DNA of 64,000 nt from positions 1,663 to 65,662 of IMG/VR virus record IMGVR_UViG_3300020037_009719; one strand, 5' to 3'. Each line of letters starts with the position of its first letter. Position 1 is the first letter of the stretch. Positions 37,053 through 45,905 of the stretch are shown piece by piece. Both the position numbers and the translations under genes were made by a program. The notes beneath the pieces were generated by a model, which ran no database searches, was not told where the DNA came from, and saw only the letters and a program-made list of their open reading frames with translations. The DNA is from a virus.

Positions 37053-37169
37053 TGTGATATAGCTCAGCTGGCAGAGCGGCCCCGTGTAAAGGGGAAGGTC
37101 GTGGAATAAGTGAAAACTTGTTGCTTCTATATACGTATAGAATTGGGTGTTCGAATCCCACTGTCACAA
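37053..37169 (+). tRNA. tRNA-like gene interrupted by ~44-nt palindrome-containing insertion in the T-arm region (pseudo-tRNA or intron-like)
   Basis: Acceptor TGTGATA/TGTCACA pairs perfectly; D GCTC-AGCTGGCA-GAGC; anticodon hairpin CCCC-GTGTAAA-GGGG. Removing aataag...gaattgggt (with a tatacgtata palindrome) restores T arm GTGGG-TTCGAAT-CCCAC. Confidence 0.45.
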
Positions 37170-37184
37170 CTAAAAAATAAAATT

Positions 37185-37379
37185 ATGTGGTCTGAAGATC
37201 AAGTGAAAGAATTCGTTCACAAGAGAGTTAAAGAGTTGTCAACAAACCCTTCTGCAATTGCTTTAGGGTCTTATTACAAAGGTTGTGATTGGCGCTTTGA
37301 TAAGTTAAGAGCTTTTTGTGAACAGGAAGTAAAAAATTATACGCAAGAACTATTAAGAAAGAAACAACAAAAAACATGA
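37185..37379 (+). CDS. hypothetical small protein
   Basis: In-frame ATG just after the tRNA cluster; the track start 37110 lies inside the tRNA-like gene. Confidence 0.4.
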   Translation: MWSEDQVKEFVHKRVKELSTNPSAIALGSYYKGCDWRFDKLRAFCEQEVKNYTQELLRKKQQKT

Positions 37380-37597
37380 GTAACGTTTATAGTAAATTAG
37401 ATAGGTTAAATCAATTGGAAGATGAAAATATAAAAAGTTTTGTTAAATTAGCAAGACGTGTTTTAAAAACTAAAAATCCAAGTAGAGATGTGCCTGAATA
37501 TTTTCAGAAAGATAAAAAAGTAAAAAAAGAAATTAAAAAAATGAGAACAAAAGCAATAATAAAGAAATCTAAGAAACCTGACGAACAGGGCACTTAA
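37376..37597 (+). CDS. hypothetical basic protein
   Basis: 73 aa, Lys-rich. Confidence 0.4.
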   Translation: MSNVYSKLDRLNQLEDENIKSFVKLARRVLKTKNPSRDVPEYFQKDKKVKKEIKKMRTKAIIKKSKKPDEQGT

Positions 37598-37622
37598 CTA
37601 TTGTTTAAATTCTAAACGAATA

Positions 37623-37658
37623 ACCCAAGTGTCTTAGTTGATAACTTGGGTTTTCTTA
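37623..37658 (+). terminator. rho-independent terminator
   Basis: aacccaagt-gtcttagttgata-acttgggtt 9-bp stem followed by a T-run. Confidence 0.65.
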
Positions 37659-37659
37659 T

Positions 37660-37700
37660 GCTTCTATGGCGAGAAGGGCGCGCAATATACTTTTTATCAA
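37660..37700 (+). other. candidate 5' tRNA fragment partner (speculative)
   Basis: GCTTCTA can pair (one G-U) with TAGGAGC of the 3' tRNA half at 38402-38408; the GCGAGAAGGGCGC hairpin is D-arm-like. Confidence 0.2.
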
Positions 37701-37759
37701 AGGGAATATTTCTAACTTGAACTATATTTAATAGAAAACAACTTAAACGTAGTTCGATA

Positions 37760-38371
37760 ATGAAATGTCAAAGTGTAAAATGTGAAAAAGAGCATGATGG
37801 TAAATATGGGAGCGGGAAATATTGCTCAAGACAATGTGCTAATAGTAGAACTTGGTCAGAGGAAGATAAGTTAAAAAAATCCAATTCTGCTAAAAATAGC
37901 AAAAAAGTTTTAACTCGAAGTTGTGAATGTTTATATAAATTAAAAGCTGCAGCGTTAAAAAAAAGTGAAAAAGCAAAGGAGGAAATTTTAATAGCGAATT
38001 GGGAAGATCTATCTTTTGAACGATTAAGAAAAAGAGTTATTTGGGAACAAAACGAATGTTGTGCAACTTGTGGGATAAGTGAGTGGAGAGGAAAAAAAAT
38101 TTCACTAGAATTAGAACATAAAGATGGAAACCATTCGAATAACGCAAAGGAAAACTTAGAAGCATTATGTCCAAACTGTCATAGTTTAACAACTACTTGG
38201 AGAGGGAGAAATAAATCAAGAAAAGTAAAAAAAATCTCAGATGAAGATCTATTAATATCTTTAATTGAAAACAATTGGAATATGAGACAAGCTTTACTTA
38301 ATCTTAATTTAGCTGCAAAAGGAAGTAATTATAAAAGATGTCATAGGGTAAAAAGAATGATAGATTCTTAA
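37760..38371 (+). CDS. HNH homing endonuclease
   Basis: CATCGISEW...LELEHKDGNHSNN...LCPNCHSL HNH motif; an N-terminal Cys cluster. Confidence 0.75.
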   Translation: MKCQSVKCEKEHDGKYGSGKYCSRQCANSRTWSEEDKLKKSNSAKNSKKVLTRSCECLYKLKAAALKKSEKAKEEILIANWEDLSFERLRKRVIWEQNECCATCGISEWRGKKISLELEHKDGNHSNNAKENLEALCPNCHSLTTTWRGRNKSRKVKKISDEDLLISLIENNWNMRQALLNLNLAAKGSNYKRCHRVKRMIDS

Positions 38372-38379
38372 TAAAACAC

Positions 38380-38409
38380 ATGGGTGATGGTTCGATTCCA
38401 TCTAGGAGC
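38380..38409 (+). pseudogene. 3' tRNA half (T arm plus acceptor strand) with no contiguous 5' half
   Basis: GATGG-TTCGATT-CCATC then TAGGAGC-A; it begins 9 nt after the HNH stop codon. Confidence 0.5.
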
Positions 38410-38489
38410 ACTCAGGTTTGAACTTTGATTATTTGAGCATTGACAAGGTCAATTAGACCTAACAAGATAGCTGAGTAAATAATCATTAT

Positions 38490-38562
38490 GACCTCGTAGC
38501 TCAATTGGCGGAGCACTATACTTTTAATATAGGGGTTATGGGTTCAAGTCCCATCGGGGTCA
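38490..38562 (+). tRNA. tRNA-Lys (TTT)
   Basis: Acceptor GACCTCG/CGGGGTC (G-U), D GCTC/GAGC, anticodon CTATA-CTTTTAA-TATAG, T ATGGG-TTCAAGT-CCCAT. Confidence 0.75.
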
Positions 38563-38616
38563 CAATTATTTTTATTTCTTACCTAGGGTTATATTCCTAT
38601 AACTTATGGGTTTTTA

Positions 38617-38642
38617 GTTTACTTATTAAGTGCTATCTTTAG
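38617..38642 (+). promoter_or_regulatory. GTTTAC-N11-TATCTTTAG promoter-like motif
   Basis: Exact consensus; 20 nt upstream of the ATG at 38662. Confidence 0.5.
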
Positions 38643-38661
38643 TTATAAGAAAATTGAAAAC

Positions 38662-38928
38662 ATGTCGAGTTCAGAACAACTTATCACCGCTTTGAAGAGT
38701 AATAAAATTTTAGTTAAAACTCATTTTGAGTTTGAATCAGAATTTTTGTTTTTAGACCATGGTGTTATAGAAAAAAGAGGTTGGAATACAGCATATGGTG
38801 TCGTTGGTGACAGATTAGCTGACATTGTTCTACATCCTGAAAATTGGCGTATACATGAAAGAACTTTAACTGATGGTTATCCTTACCCATGGTCAGCAAC
38901 TTACAAAACCCCAAAGTCACAAGCTTAG
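38662..38928 (+). CDS. hypothetical protein
   Basis: 88-aa ORF. Confidence 0.45.
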   Translation: MSSSEQLITALKSNKILVKTHFEFESEFLFLDHGVIEKRGWNTAYGVVGDRLADIVLHPENWRIHERTLTDGYPYPWSATYKTPKSQA

Positions 38929-38936
38929 TCTTTATA

Positions 38937-39269
38937 ATGCAAATTCGAGTCTTCAAAGATGAAGACCGCACTAGGGCTTTACTTGATTTTTTATTTAGTA
39001 AAGGGGTAACATGGAACTCTGGTTCAAAAGCTTATCATTACGAAGCTGAATATTATAATTTGAAAATAGCGTGGTTACCATTACAGCAATGGAGAACAAC
39101 TTTATCTTTTAGTGAGAGTGCTTCAAGTTATTGTGAAAGTATAGAGTTTTCACTTCAAACTCCAGAAGTTACTTTTGAAATTATAGATAAATTTCTTGAA
39201 GATAATTATAACATAATTTGGTTACAAACTATAATTCAACAAACTGACGAAGAACTAACACAATCTTAA
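38937..39269 (+). CDS. hypothetical protein
   Basis: In-frame ATG right after the upstream stop (the track start overlaps). Confidence 0.4.
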   Translation: MQIRVFKDEDRTRALLDFLFSKGVTWNSGSKAYHYEAEYYNLKIAWLPLQQWRTTLSFSESASSYCESIEFSLQTPEVTFEIIDKFLEDNYNIIWLQTIIQQTDEELTQS

Positions 39270-39270
39270 T

Positions 39271-40497
39271 ATGAAATCACAACTTTTTATCCCTAAAAAA
39301 TGTAAAGTAGGTTTTAACCTACGCCAAGATACTTACACTGGTAAGTTAGGTTATATCATTATGCATGATGGTAAAGTATGGAGAAAAGAAAATTCTTGGG
39401 AAGGGTGGAGAGAAAAAGAAGCTACTGAAGAATTAAAAAATAAATATTTAGAAAATTACGAGTTACAATATCATAAAAGAAACCCTGAGCATTACCCTGT
39501 TATTACTTCATTTGAAGAATTACCTCGTTGGTGTAAAGGTAAAATTGCTGAAGGTGTAGTTCCGATAGAATTTGATAATACTCCTACAGAAGGTTTTGTT
39601 TTAAATAGAAAAGCTGGTGGAGAGAATTGGGGTTGGAATCCAAGACAAACTTATTGTAGAGTTTATGACCCAAGAGGTTTTGAGTTTGAAATCACAATTC
39701 AAAATTTACTTTTCATTTTACAAGAAACAAACTCTATTAAAGGAAAAGGACTTGAAGGTCAATTCGTTTATTCTTGGGATAAAAAAGATCTTGTTTTATT
39801 ACCAGTAGGTTGTCAAGAGTATAAATCATCTTCTGGATTTACTTCTTTGCAAGATAAAAAAATTGAATTGAAAACCCTTATTGAAGGAGCAGTTTACAAA
39901 ACAAAAAAAGAAGAATCAGTTATTTATTTAGGTAAATTTGATTGGTGGGAATGGAAACGTATAACGACAAACACATCAACTAAAGGTTTATTTTCTCATC
40001 ACTTCTCTGAAACTTTCTCAACTAGAGATAAGAAAAAGAAATTAATTTTCTTCGACTTAAAAGCAAACACATTTGTTTCTTACGATAAAGTAGACAAGTT
40101 AGCAGAATGTATTAACGATACACCAGTTTCTAATTATGCTGAATTAGTAAGTAATTACTTGAAGAGCAAACATGGAATGGTTATTGAAGAGTTAGTTGTA
40201 GAACCTTTGAAAGAACCTTTGAAAATAGGTTCTTATAATCAAGTTGCTTTAAAGAAAGGTGAAGACTTGTTTTGGGGTTATTTACATACTCATTATGGTC
40301 TAAATTCAAGTGGGTGTTACCAAGCTTCCTTATCAACTAAAGTTATCTTAGAAAAAAATAAAATTATACAAAGAGAAAACTATAACGAAATTGTTACTGT
40401 TCCTAAAGATGAATTAGAAACTTCAGCTGGTAAGTTTGTTACAATTGTTGCAGTAAACAGTCAAGGTGAAAGATACATTTTCAACGAATTACGTTAA
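39271..40497 (+). CDS. hypothetical protein, paralog A
   Basis: The N-terminal ~180 aa (KVGFNLRQDTYTGKLGYIIMHDGKVWRKENSWEGWR...) are clearly homologous to the ORF at 41046. Confidence 0.55.
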   Translation: MKSQLFIPKKCKVGFNLRQDTYTGKLGYIIMHDGKVWRKENSWEGWREKEATEELKNKYLENYELQYHKRNPEHYPVITSFEELPRWCKGKIAEGVVPIEFDNTPTEGFVLNRKAGGENWGWNPRQTYCRVYDPRGFEFEITIQNLLFILQETNSIKGKGLEGQFVYSWDKKDLVLLPVGCQEYKSSSGFTSLQDKKIELKTLIEGAVYKTKKEESVIYLGKFDWWEWKRITTNTSTKGLFSHHFSETFSTRDKKKKLIFFDLKANTFVSYDKVDKLAECINDTPVSNYAELVSNYLKSKHGMVIEELVVEPLKEPLKIGSYNQVALKKGEDLFWGYLHTHYGLNSSGCYQASLSTKVILEKNKIIQRENYNEIVTVPKDELETSAGKFVTIVAVNSQGERYIFNELR

Positions 40498-40500
40498 GAC

Positions 40501-41040
40501 ATGTTAAGTAAGACAAAAAACTGGTGGCAAGAGTGCTTGAAGGACTCAGAAAAATTAGAAATGTGGCTTGTTTCATTATACAATAATGAAAAAGATGCTG
40601 AAGAAAGATTTCGAGACTTTGCAGCAAAATATTGTCAAGAAGATGAAGAAGCTTTGATAACGTTTCTTACATTAGCAGAACAAGAACACAAACATGCACA
40701 GTTAGTAGAATTGATTCTAATCAATAGAGGTTTAACTAAGTATAAAAAATCTTCTAAAGACGGTAGATATTGGCGAAATACATTACCTTGCATCAATGAC
40801 AAACAAACTGCAGCAGCAATTGGAGCATTTGCAGAAAGTTTATCTTTAAAACGTATGAGAGTTATCATCAAAGACCCTAATACTCCAAAAGATTTAGTTG
40901 CTCTTTTTGAAGTAATAGAACCAGAAGAAGCTTATCATGCTAAAGCTTTAACTGCAATAGCTACTAAACATGGTATGAGTAAAGTGAAAGATTGTCACGA
41001 TAAAGGTTTAGAAGAACTTGGATTAAAAATAAAAAAATAA
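40501..41040 (+). CDS. ferritin-like diiron-carboxylate-type protein (two ExxH motifs)
   Basis: LAEQEHKHA and EPEEAYHAKA motifs, helical composition. Confidence 0.35.
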   Translation: MLSKTKNWWQECLKDSEKLEMWLVSLYNNEKDAEERFRDFAAKYCQEDEEALITFLTLAEQEHKHAQLVELILINRGLTKYKKSSKDGRYWRNTLPCINDKQTAAAIGAFAESLSLKRMRVIIKDPNTPKDLVALFEVIEPEEAYHAKALTAIATKHGMSKVKDCHDKGLEELGLKIKK

Positions 41041-41045
41041 AAAAT

Positions 41046-42281
41046 ATGAACACAAAATTGTACATCCCACAACTTATTAAAGTTGGTTTTCAAAAAAGAG
41101 ACGACACTTATACAGGTAAGTTAGGTTATGTTATCTATCGTGATGATAAAAAGGTTTGGAGGAAGGAAAAATCATGGAATGGTTGGAGAGATGAAAAGGT
41201 AAAACCCGTTGAGTTAGAAAACGTTCCTCATTCTGGATTTCATCTTAACAAAGGTGTAGAAAGATATGGATATTGGGGAAGTGGTCGAAGTATGTGTCGT
41301 GTTTATGATGACCGTGGATTTGAATTCGAAATTACAATTGATAACCTTATGTTTATTTTAATGGGTTCAGATTGTTCAAAGAGAGAATTAGCTGGTGAAT
41401 TTGTTTACTCATGGAATGGGATGGAACTTGTTTTATTACCAGTAAACTCTCAAGAATATGAAGAGTCTAAAAAGTTTACTTCTTTACAAGGTGGAAAAGT
41501 AAATACGAAAGACCTTATTGAAGGTGCGACATATGTTACAAAAAAGGGAAGTAAATTAATTTACTTAGGTAAGTTTAATGTAAATTCTTTTAAGCAAATA
41601 TACTCTTCTCATCATAGATCAAGTAAAAAGATTGCAAGTTTTGCAATGAAATATGTTTTCCACACAGCAGAAAGAGCTGAAAGTGATTATGAACTTGAAA
41701 GTTATATATTTGACCATACTTTCCAATATAAAGATACAAAGTTTATTTTCTTTAATGATTTAGACAAGTTAGCTAATTGTATTGTAGAAGAACCTACAGA
41801 GAATTATTCTAAATATGTAGATGAATTTTTAAAAACATCATGGGGTTCTAAAATTACAAATGTAGAAACTCAAACAATTACAGGTGAAGAAATATTACAT
41901 TCTTCAAAAAGTAGCAAACCGTATTATCATTCTTCAAGAGAAGAAAGTGGGTATAACCTTAAAGATAGAAAAGATTTTATAGGGGAAGCGTTTGAATATG
42001 TTAGTGAAAATACATATAGACATATTCAAATTCATGTTCTCAAAGTATTTGTCAAAGATGATGTAAGTTATTCTTACGGTAAGATGAAACAGACAGGTTA
42101 CGCATTAACTTCAACAAAAATTGTTAATTTTAATGGAACTGAAATTAACGTCAAAAACAATTCAAAGAAAGATGACAAAGTGTACACAGAAAAGGAAATA
42201 AATTCTTTGTTGTTGCATAAATTAAATCTATCTTTAGAATGCAATTCAAAACACCCATTAAGTTTTATAAATAAATTTTAA
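41046..42281 (+). CDS. hypothetical protein, paralog B
   Basis: KVGFQKRDDTYTGKLGYVIYRDDKKVWRKEKSWNGWR... homologous to the ORF at 39271. Confidence 0.55.
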   Translation: MNTKLYIPQLIKVGFQKRDDTYTGKLGYVIYRDDKKVWRKEKSWNGWRDEKVKPVELENVPHSGFHLNKGVERYGYWGSGRSMCRVYDDRGFEFEITIDNLMFILMGSDCSKRELAGEFVYSWNGMELVLLPVNSQEYEESKKFTSLQGGKVNTKDLIEGATYVTKKGSKLIYLGKFNVNSFKQIYSSHHRSSKKIASFAMKYVFHTAERAESDYELESYIFDHTFQYKDTKFIFFNDLDKLANCIVEEPTENYSKYVDEFLKTSWGSKITNVETQTITGEEILHSSKSSKPYYHSSREESGYNLKDRKDFIGEAFEYVSENTYRHIQIHVLKVFVKDDVSYSYGKMKQTGYALTSTKIVNFNGTEINVKNNSKKDDKVYTEKEINSLLLHKLNLSLECNSKHPLSFINKF

Positions 42282-42295
42282 AAACAAATAAAAAC

Positions 42296-42730
42296 ATGGC
42301 AAACGATAAACAAAAATTAGTTGATGAGCTTTTTAACTTATTAGAAAAGAAAAAAGCTGAAATTAATCAAGCTGAAAAACCAAACTGGGTGACGAATTGT
42401 TCATTCCCTTTGAGTAAAAACAACAGCGACAGATTAAATATTCAAGTAGTCTCTGAACCAAATCAACTTGTAGAAGCTTTATCTTCTTTACTTGAAAAGC
42501 AAGCTTCTTTTGAAAAAGCAAACACTATTTTAGGTGAAAAAGCAACATTCAAATGGGGTGGGTTCACCGTAGAAGAATGGACAGTTGATTTCAAAACTCG
42601 TCTTGGTAAAATTAACATTGCTAACAAGAAAAAAGAATTAGCTGATTTAGAAGCACGTTTAAGTAAACACATTTCTCAAGATAAAAAAGATGAAATGGAT
42701 CTTGCTGATATTGCTAAAAAACTTTCATAA
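42296..42730 (+). CDS. hypothetical coiled-coil protein
   Basis: 144-aa ORF. Confidence 0.45.
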   Translation: MANDKQKLVDELFNLLEKKKAEINQAEKPNWVTNCSFPLSKNNSDRLNIQVVSEPNQLVEALSSLLEKQASFEKANTILGEKATFKWGGFTVEEWTVDFKTRLGKINIANKKKELADLEARLSKHISQDKKDEMDLADIAKKLS

Positions 42731-42933
42731 TGAAAATCGTCTTACCTGCAAACTTCATTGAAGTTTTAAGTTTTTTACCAGAAACTGGTATGGGTTATCA
42801 AATTGTTGACATCACTATGAAAGATGGAACCGTTTTAACGAAAACAGTTTTTAATAGTTCTTTAGTTGAAGTTGATTCAGCAGATGAAATTGATTTAGGT
42901 AAAATTCAAAGTGTAACACTTCATAAAAAATAA
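42730..42933 (+). CDS. hypothetical protein
   Basis: 67-aa ORF, ATGA-coupled. Confidence 0.35.
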   Translation: MKIVLPANFIEVLSFLPETGMGYQIVDITMKDGTVLTKTVFNSSLVEVDSADEIDLGKIQSVTLHKK

Positions 42934-42937
42934 ACAA

Positions 42938-43396
42938 ATGAAAAGAAATTCAACTACTGTAATAATTTTTCTACTATTTTTAGTATTAGGCTTGTTTTTA
43001 GCAAGTTGTGGTAACGGGGTCCGTGAGGAAAGTAAAGTAGGTAAACTTTTAATTGGTGAACACCCTTTGAATGAGTTACATTTTGAAAACTTAAATAAGA
43101 ATGAAGGGGAAAGTGACATTAAACCTAATAAACCAACTTACTTCATGTTTTCAAACACATCGATAACATTTAATGTTACCCTTAATGATAGTAATATTGT
43201 AACTATGAATTTACCTATTTCTAGAGTAAGGTTTCGATATGATGAAATGATAACTCAACCTTATGTGAAGTTCAAATGGGTTAAAGGGGATACAGATTGG
43301 AGTGTTGCAGATCTTGAAAGTCATATTCTTTATATAGTTCTTTTTGTAAATAAGGAAGATGTTATTTACAACCCTCAAGTAGTACAAGTAAGATGA
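42938..43396 (+). CDS. putative lipoprotein
   Basis: Signal peptide with LASCGNG lipobox. Confidence 0.5.
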   Translation: MKRNSTTVIIFLLFLVLGLFLASCGNGVREESKVGKLLIGEHPLNELHFENLNKNEGESDIKPNKPTYFMFSNTSITFNVTLNDSNIVTMNLPISRVRFRYDEMITQPYVKFKWVKGDTDWSVADLESHILYIVLFVNKEDVIYNPQVVQVR

Positions 43397-43743
43397 AAGC
43401 TTTCGACCTTGTAGTTGCTCTTATCTCTTCAGAACCAACAGTTCGTTTGGGAATTGTGCAAACTCCTTCCTTTAAAGCAAATCATGTTTACAGAGTTCAG
43501 GGAGTAAAACACAATATTGTTTACATAGAGCGCGATGAAAGAGGGAGTGGAACAAATGGTTGGTCAGAGCAAAATTTTAGATTACTTACAGATCAAGAGT
43601 ATCTTGATTTATGTAGTTATTATGGTATAGCGTTTTCACTTCCTTGTGAGTTCCCGCCAAACCCTATAACTTTAGTAATAAACGAAATAAACAACGAATT
43701 GAATAATGAAAATATTGATTTCTCGACCAGATTTCAATTTTAG
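43393..43743 (+). CDS. hypothetical protein (INxELN family; paralog of 43774)
   Basis: GWSEQNFRLLT...LPCEFPPNPITLVINEINNELN parallels the next ORF. Confidence 0.5.
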   Translation: MKAFDLVVALISSEPTVRLGIVQTPSFKANHVYRVQGVKHNIVYIERDERGSGTNGWSEQNFRLLTDQEYLDLCSYYGIAFSLPCEFPPNPITLVINEINNELNNENIDFSTRFQF

Positions 43744-43773
43744 AAACATTGCAACCCTTAAGTAAATTTTTTT

Positions 43774-44070
43774 ATGAAAAAAGAAAACCACTTTGCTTCA
43801 GGGATGTTAGTAGTTTGCACAAAAAGTAGTACTGGTGGTTTTCGTGAAGGGCATATTTACAAAGTTGTCGAGGACTATGGGGACTCTCTTACTGTAGAAT
43901 GTGACTCAGAAGGGGATGCAAACGGTTGGAATAAAGAAAATTTTAGACACATCACAATGGATGAGTTAGAATGTTTAATACTAAGTTGTAAAAAGGTTCC
44001 ATGTGAATTACCTGGTAATAGATTAACTGTAATTATAAATAATATTAATCGCGAATTAAATCAATATTAA
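43774..44070 (+). CDS. hypothetical protein (INxELN family; paralog of 43393)
   Basis: GWNKENFRHIT...VPCELPGNRLTVIINNINRELNQY. Confidence 0.5.
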   Translation: MKKENHFASGMLVVCTKSSTGGFREGHIYKVVEDYGDSLTVECDSEGDANGWNKENFRHITMDELECLILSCKKVPCELPGNRLTVIINNINRELNQY

Positions 44071-44071
44071 A

Positions 44072-45655
44072 ATGTATACAACAAACGAAAAAGGAGCTAA
44101 AACCTTAGCTACAAGTGGGAAAAACAGTTTAGATTACTTTGCAAACATTGGAACTTATCGCAATCGTAATGTAAAACAAGTAGCTGCAGATATGGCTAAA
44201 GCTTGGAAAGAAGATCCTATGTTAGCTTTATCAATATTGTTTTATGCTCGTATGATTACTCGTAAAACAAAAGGAGCGTTTGTTTCTGATAAAGTACAAA
44301 AAGGTCAAGGTATTAAAGATGAATTTATAAAAGGTTTACAATACCTTGAAGCAAATCACCCTTCAGTATTAGAGAAAAATTTATGGATTGTTCCTCTAGT
44401 AGGATCTTGGAAAGATTTATGGTATGACTCTGCATGCACAGGGCACTATCACTATATTATGCCTGAAAAAGTTTACGAGTTAATTAGACAAAGTATTCTT
44501 ACAGATGAATACAATGGAGCTTTAATTGCAAAATACTTACCTCGTATTCGTTCAGCAAAACAAATAAAGAATGACAGACATAAACGTATGAATAAATGGG
44601 CGTTAGGTCTATGTTCATACTTAGGTTGGAATCAAAAACATTATCGTCAGTTTAAAGCAGATCCAGCTAAAATTGCTCATTCATGGCAAAGAAAAATGAG
44701 TGCTAAAAATTGGGATGAAATTGACTTTAGCAAAATCCCAGGTCGTGCTTTATTTCAAATGGTAAACAACACAGGGAAAGACGGAAAAACTTTATTACAA
44801 AGACATGGTTTAGAAGCTAAGTATGAAGCTTGGTTAGATACTCAACCTACAGCTAAATTTACAGGTTATGTTTACGAGTTGTTTTTACAAACAAAGCAAC
44901 ATAAAATATCTGCAGTGAAAAGAAAAACTTTAGACAAGCAATTTGATGGTTTATTGGCTTTAGCTAAAGCAGACGGTGTTGAAGGATTGAAAGGAAACGT
45001 TTGGTGTGCATTAGATACATCTAGTTCAATGGAATGTGGAGCAGTTGGTGAAAACGGGGTTACAGCGTATGATGTGTGTATATCTTTAGGACTTTACTTT
45101 TCATCTTTAAACGAAGGTGCATTTAAAGATCATGTTGTAATGTTTGATGAAAAATCTAAAGTTTTAAAATTATCAGGAGGTTTTGTTGAAAAAGCAAAAC
45201 AAATAAGAATGGCATCAACAGCATGGGGTAGCACTAATTTTCAATCTGTAGTTGATGAAATTGTACGTGTACGAAAAGCTAACCCTGCAATTCCAATTTC
45301 AGAATTCCCAGAAACTTTATTAGTAGTTTCAGATATGCAATTTGATAAAGCTGGAAAAAACACAAAAACTAATTACGAAGTTATGATGAAAAAATTATCT
45401 AATGTTGGATTAGGTAATATAAAAGTAATCTGGTGGCAAGTAAGTGGTAGAAGTGAAAAGAACGTTCCAAGCAAGTTTGATGATGACGGAGTGACACTAA
45501 TTTCTGGTTTTGATCCTGCTATTATTTCCTTAATTTTAGGAGGTGAGAAGAGCAAAGTGGATGAAGTTACTGGTAAAACAAGAGCTTTAACACCATATGA
45601 AAATATGATGAAAGCTTTAGACCAAGAGGTTTTAAAACAATTAAAGATTGATTAA
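44072..45655 (+). CDS. rsr: Ro60/Rsr-like protein (TROVE domain plus C-terminal vWA with MIDAS)
   Basis: KEDPMLALSILFY resembles Ro60 KQEPMLFALAIC. vWA MIDAS ALDTSSSM, STAWGSTNF, LVVSDMQFD parallel Ro60 AVDVSASM / AGGTDCS / IVFTDNETF. Length 527 aa. Confidence 0.65.
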   Translation: MYTTNEKGAKTLATSGKNSLDYFANIGTYRNRNVKQVAADMAKAWKEDPMLALSILFYARMITRKTKGAFVSDKVQKGQGIKDEFIKGLQYLEANHPSVLEKNLWIVPLVGSWKDLWYDSACTGHYHYIMPEKVYELIRQSILTDEYNGALIAKYLPRIRSAKQIKNDRHKRMNKWALGLCSYLGWNQKHYRQFKADPAKIAHSWQRKMSAKNWDEIDFSKIPGRALFQMVNNTGKDGKTLLQRHGLEAKYEAWLDTQPTAKFTGYVYELFLQTKQHKISAVKRKTLDKQFDGLLALAKADGVEGLKGNVWCALDTSSSMECGAVGENGVTAYDVCISLGLYFSSLNEGAFKDHVVMFDEKSKVLKLSGGFVEKAKQIRMASTAWGSTNFQSVVDEIVRVRKANPAIPISEFPETLLVVSDMQFDKAGKNTKTNYEVMMKKLSNVGLGNIKVIWWQVSGRSEKNVPSKFDDDGVTLISGFDPAIISLILGGEKSKVDEVTGKTRALTPYENMMKALDQEVLKQLKID

Positions 45656-45759
45656 ACTTAATTTAATCTAAGTTCTTTACTAATTTATATTTATTGACAT
45701 TATAACTTTCTGAAAAGAATCCCTATAAAAGCAGATACAGTACGGGGACATGCGGTTAT

Positions 45760-45836
45760 TCTTATTAAAAACGCTAACAGCAATTTTTTAACTTCAATCT
45801 ACAGAAAACAAAAAACAGCGTTTTGTATTATTTAGT
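45760..45836 (+). ncRNA. candidate structured RNA (Y-RNA-like?) downstream of rsr
   Basis: tattaaaaacgct ... agcgttttgtatta forms an imperfect ~12-bp bulged stem around a ~40-nt loop. Followed by hairpin gacttgg-N13-ccaagtc and a terminator hairpin. Confidence 0.25.
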
Positions 45837-45877
45837 GTGGGTGGACTTGGTTTTTCATGTTTACCAAGTCTTTAAAA

Positions 45878-45905
45878 AGGTTAGGTAAATCTAACCTTTT
45901 TTATT
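45878..45905 (+). terminator. rho-independent terminator
   Basis: aggttag-gtaaat-ctaacct followed by T6. Confidence 0.6.

Noticed and set aside
36970-37167. Minus-strand ORF 36970-37167 and + ORF start 37110
   Set aside because: Both lie on top of tRNA-Gly(GCC) and the tRNA-like gene; RNA genes take precedence.
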